Position numbers and translations under genes: made by a program. Source: a bacterium (GTDB taxonomy: Bacteria > Patescibacteriota > Minisyncoccia > Minisyncoccales > UBA10102). Taken from it: a stretch of DNA of 64,000 nucleotides. The notes below the pieces were generated by a model. That model did no database searches. It had not been told where the DNA came from and saw nothing but the letters and a program-made list of their open reading frames with translations. Numbering within the stretch: the first letter of the stretch is position 1; each line of letters opens with the position of its first letter. Shown here in pieces: positions 61,146-64,000 of the stretch. Location: the NCBI GenBank assembly GCA_030647485.1, contig JAUSJT010000004.1:45088-109087 (forward strand). The letters run 5' to 3'.

Positions 61146-62338
61146 AACAGCGAATCTTTCTTTTAGTTTTGGGATCATGCGTAGGTATTGGCGTATTCTT
61201 ATACTCTGTTTTTAGTTGGTATTCCGGCATTCTTTCAGTTGCTCAAACGCCATCGGAGGAAACTATTAAAACCATGGAAGAGAAAGAGGTGTTACCGTCC
61301 CTTTCTCTTGAGGATAAGTTTGGGCAAATGCTCATCATCGGTTTTGAGGGGACCGAAGTTACGCCAGAGGTTTCTTCGCTGTTTTCCAGTATTCGTCCCG
61401 GAGGAGTCTTGCTTCTTGGAAGAAACATTGTCAGTAAGGGCCAGGTAAAGAAGCTTATTGCCGATCTTCAAGAGATCTCAATGCGTGCCACAGGGCTTCC
61501 GCTCTTTGTTGCCGTAGACCAAGAAGGCGGCATTGTTTCAAGGGTTCCTTGGGCGGAGAATACTGGTTCGTCTGCGTTAGAAGATTCAGAGGAGGCATTT
61601 CTTGTCGGAGAGAGAAGGGCCCGGGATTTGAAAGAAGTGGGAGTGAATATGAATTTAGCTCCGGTGTTAGACAGCAGCGGGGAGGACGATTTCCTATTCA
61701 ATAGGTCTTTTCAGAAAGACCAGGATTCTTCCTTTGCAATAGCGCAGGGGCTTATTCTGGGCCACGCGCAGGAAGGCGTTATTGCTGTTCCCAAACACTT
61801 TCCCGGGTACGACGGAGTTTCTTTCAATCCGGAAACTGGCGTGCTTCCTACAACAAAGAATTTCCCCAGTGCGCCTCTTTTTAAGGAAGTATTAGAAGGT
61901 TCTAGGGTTCCGTTTATTATGCTTTCACATGTGGTGTATCAGGCGGTTGACCCTGACAACCCGCTCCCGCTTTCTGTAAAAGGCATGGAGCGCGCACGGA
62001 AAGAGTTGGGAGATCAATTTCTCTTCATGTCAGACGACCTTACCAGCAAGTCGTTCATGGCGCACTATTCTCTAAGAGAAATTGGCAGAGCTGCTTTAAA
62101 TTCTGGGGTGAATATCTTGTTAGTGGGGGGATATCCGAATACCGCTGTCGTTGGGGAATTCTATCAGGTTATTCGAAGTGAGCTTGCGCAAGAGCAATTG
62201 TCTCTGTTTAAAGCCGCTAGTATGGGAGGGCTGTACGAGATGTTGTCTGGCATGGTTGAGGGCGACGGTAAGCTTCAAGAACGCATTGAAGAATCCGCAG
62301 CTAGAATTATCAAGTTCAAGCAGGATATGATACGGTAG
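61142..62338 (+). CDS. Glycoside hydrolase family 3 (NagZ-like beta-N-acetylhexosaminidase), membrane-anchored
   Basis: VAVDQEGG, KHFPGY, N-terminal TM. Confidence 0.8.
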   Translation: MKQRIFLLVLGSCVGIGVFLYSVFSWYSGILSVAQTPSEETIKTMEEKEVLPSLSLEDKFGQMLIIGFEGTEVTPEVSSLFSSIRPGGVLLLGRNIVSKGQVKKLIADLQEISMRATGLPLFVAVDQEGGIVSRVPWAENTGSSALEDSEEAFLVGERRARDLKEVGVNMNLAPVLDSSGEDDFLFNRSFQKDQDSSFAIAQGLILGHAQEGVIAVPKHFPGYDGVSFNPETGVLPTTKNFPSAPLFKEVLEGSRVPFIMLSHVVYQAVDPDNPLPLSVKGMERARKELGDQFLFMSDDLTSKSFMAHYSLREIGRAALNSGVNILLVGGYPNTAVVGEFYQVIRSELAQEQLSLFKAASMGGLYEMLSGMVEGDGKLQERIEESAARIIKFKQDMIR

Positions 62339-62344
62339 GGTTAT

Positions 62345-63118
62345 ATGTCTGACTACTATTCTGGAAAACGAGGGAGGAATTTATACGAACCTCATGCAAG
62401 AGAGTCCTTTCGGCTTTCCAGGTCTCGTATTGAAAATTTCTTGAAGTGTCCACGGTGTTTTTATGTTGACCGTCGCCTTGGAGTAGATCAGCCCCCAGGG
62501 TATCCCTTCTCTTTGAATTCTGCGGTGGACGCCCTGCTTAAAAAAGAGTTTGACGTTCATCGCGCAGAGCATTCAAAACATCCGCTGTTTGAGCGGTACG
62601 GCATTGACGCCGTGCCTTTTTTGCATCCCATGATAAATACTTGGAGGAATACGCTTGAGGGGTTGCAGTATGAGCATAAGCCGTCTGGATTTTTGGTAAC
62701 TGGAGCGGTAGACGACATCTGGCAGAACTCCAATGGGGAGTTGTATGTGGTTGACTATAAGGCAACAGCCAAGAACGGAGAAGTGAACATAGACGCCGAA
62801 TGGCAAAAAGGATATAAGAACCAGATTGAAATGTATCAATGGCTTTTGAGGCATCAAAAAGACGCATTCAAGGTTTCTTCTGTAGGGTATTTCGTGTATG
62901 TGAACGGAAAGACGGATGCAAAAGCGTTTGACGCAAGATTGGAATTTGACATGAAAGTGATCCCCTACGAAGGGGATGACTCATGGGTGGAAGGGAAGCT
63001 TATAGAGATTAAAGAATGCTTGATGTCAGATAAGCTTCCTTCTGCTTCTGCGGATTGCGACTTTTGCGTCTATCGCAAGGCAGTGCAAGACGCCTTGGAG
63101 CCCTATCTGAAAAGTTGA
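62345..63118 (+). CDS. PD-(D/E)XK nuclease, Cas4/RecB-like with Cys cluster
   Basis: GAVDDIW...LYVVDYKAT (D...D-x-K), N-terminal CPRC and C-terminal C...CDFC. Confidence 0.65.
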   Translation: MSDYYSGKRGRNLYEPHARESFRLSRSRIENFLKCPRCFYVDRRLGVDQPPGYPFSLNSAVDALLKKEFDVHRAEHSKHPLFERYGIDAVPFLHPMINTWRNTLEGLQYEHKPSGFLVTGAVDDIWQNSNGELYVVDYKATAKNGEVNIDAEWQKGYKNQIEMYQWLLRHQKDAFKVSSVGYFVYVNGKTDAKAFDARLEFDMKVIPYEGDDSWVEGKLIEIKECLMSDKLPSASADCDFCVYRKAVQDALEPYLKS

Positions 63119-63139
63119 CAGTAGGTTTTATGAATGCAA

Positions 63140-63165
63140 AAGATCGCCAAGCAGGCGATTTTTTG
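63140..63165 (+). terminator. Rho-independent terminator
   Basis: ATCGCC-aagca-GGCGAT followed by TTTTTTG. Confidence 0.7.
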
Positions 63166-63376
63166 TTCCAGGGTAAAAGAATATGTCTTAACCTATACAT
63201 AAACTTGGACGATCGTACAGATTTATGTAAAGGTGCAGCGGATCTACGTTACATAAAAGCGTATAAACAATATTGGACAGATTCACGCATTTCCTTGACA
63301 AAAATTATTCTTCTTGTATGATTAAAGTAGCATGTAAGCAAAACAAACCACTCGGAGATTGAGAAAGGAGAAGAAT

Positions 63377-64000
63377 ATGACTAGTCGGATTACTCAGACC
63401 GAAACAGCTCAGGGTCAAACTGAGAGTCGCAGAAGGGCAATTGAAAACCTCAAAGCAGATGTTGCGCTGTTAGAAGAAGTGAGTGAAAAACTCGAGGGGC
63501 TTCGCACCAAGACGGCCAAGAATGCGATTGGGGACTTTGTTCCAAAAGCGAAAGGCGCTATCCTAGGTAGCATAAAAGCAACGCAAAGAGTACTCTCGAT
63601 TGTGGAGGCCGGGTACCCCAAGGTCAACTTACCAAATGGATGGGTTGAGGGATTCCTCGAACAAGACCCACGACCTTATCTCAAGACGACTCCACGTTGG
63701 GCCTGGCCAATTGCTGCAGTAGTCGGACTGATGATCTTTGCTGCCGTGGAGATACCGCTAGCCCTGTTTACAGCACCACTCGAGGGGATCGAGGAGGTAG
63801 AGGATGTCCTGAAAGGGATAGTGGTATACATAGCTTTGCCGGTGGCACTAGCATGGTTTTGCGCAACAGTAGTGAAGAACTGGGCAAGCAAACCATATAT
63901 GAGGAGGAACAGGGAGAGCTTAGAAGCGGCGGGATTCCCTCCTAATGCAACCCTGTTTCTCAAGCAAGCACCGTTACCAGAAGCATTGGCTTCCGTGGAG
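63377..64000 (+). CDS. Hypothetical membrane protein, 3' end beyond window (not in ORF track because no stop is reached)
   Basis: AAAGGAG SD 8 nt upstream of ATG 63377; frame open to nt 64000 by manual translation; two hydrophobic segments. Confidence 0.6.
   Translation, partial: MTSRITQTETAQGQTESRRRAIENLKADVALLEEVSEKLEGLRTKTAKNAIGDFVPKAKGAILGSIKATQRVLSIVEAGYPKVNLPNGWVEGFLEQDPRPYLKTTPRWAWPIAAVVGLMIFAAVEIPLALFTAPLEGIEEVEDVLKGIVVYIALPVALAWFCATVVKNWASKPYMRRNRESLEAAGFPPNATLFLKQAPLPEALASVE

Noticed and set aside
1-64000. Scan for CRISPR arrays, rRNA, tmRNA/RNase P/SRP RNAs, reverse transcriptases (retron/DGR/group II intron), integrases and phage structural genes
   Set aside because: - No regularly spaced direct repeats were seen. 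The only tandem repeats are two-copy units of 16 and 13 nt.
- No RT (YxDD), integrase (R..HxxR..Y) or capsid/terminase-like ORFs were recognised.
- This visual scan cannot exclude highly diverged elements.

Overview
All calls come from reading the sequence and the ORF track by eye. No database searches or folding programs were run.

The window looks like a chromosomal segment of a small-genome, CPR/Patescibacteria-type (Parcubacteria-like) bacterium. That placement is an inference from gene content:
- DUF5671, DUF5667, DUF5678, DUF1573 and DUF4430-type proteins
- a split transketolase and a bifunctional PGI/PMI
- many short secreted or membrane ORFs
- tightly packed, often overlapping genes, mostly on the + strand

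Housekeeping blocks:
- groEL (3' part)-lemA-htpX
- tRNA-Ser(GGA)
- dnaG-rpoD
- tRNA-Asn(GTT)
- thrC and an RluA-type pseudouridine synthase
- DEAD-box helicase and typA
- prmC/aroE
- a sugar-phosphate block: rpiB, rpe, tktN/tktC, PfkB kinase, 2-hydroxyacid dehydrogenase, PGI/PMI
- nth, a PCD/DCoH-type pterin dehydratase and a GH3 hydrolase

Accessory blocks:
1. About 7.7-20.3 kb, an island beside tRNA-Asn. It holds a RAYT transposase flanked by inverted REP hairpins, an N-terminally truncated Eco57I/TaqI-type methyltransferase remnant and a PD-(D/E)XK protein. It also holds a 400-aa TGT-like zinc-knuckle protein translationally coupled to a PIN RNase, a promoter-to-terminator structured RNA, and a small ORF plus a SpoT-type HD hydrolase with a zinc ribbon. 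Further along are a MarR/HlyD/MacB-like efflux cassette bracketed by identical 33-bp repeats, a DUF5678-retropepsin pair and two more RelE/HigB-type TA loci, one with a frameshifted toxin.
2. About 28.3-38.9 kb, an extracytoplasmic thiol-redox/copper island. It contains two CcdA-like proteins, Trx-like and Prx-like proteins, CsoR with a perfect operator, TRASH/DUF2933/DUF2892 mini-proteins and a CPH-type P1B ATPase.
3. About 55.2-60.1 kb, envelope proteins. These include a six-fold Cys-repeat protein, a DUF5671 protein and a Kazal-domain protein, behind a strongly structured 5' leader.

No CRISPR array, rRNA, integrase or reverse transcriptase was seen.

The best candidate for an undescribed system is the 10.4-13.5 kb locus: the TGT-like/PIN operon, the divergent structured RNA and the small-ORF/HD-zinc-ribbon operon.
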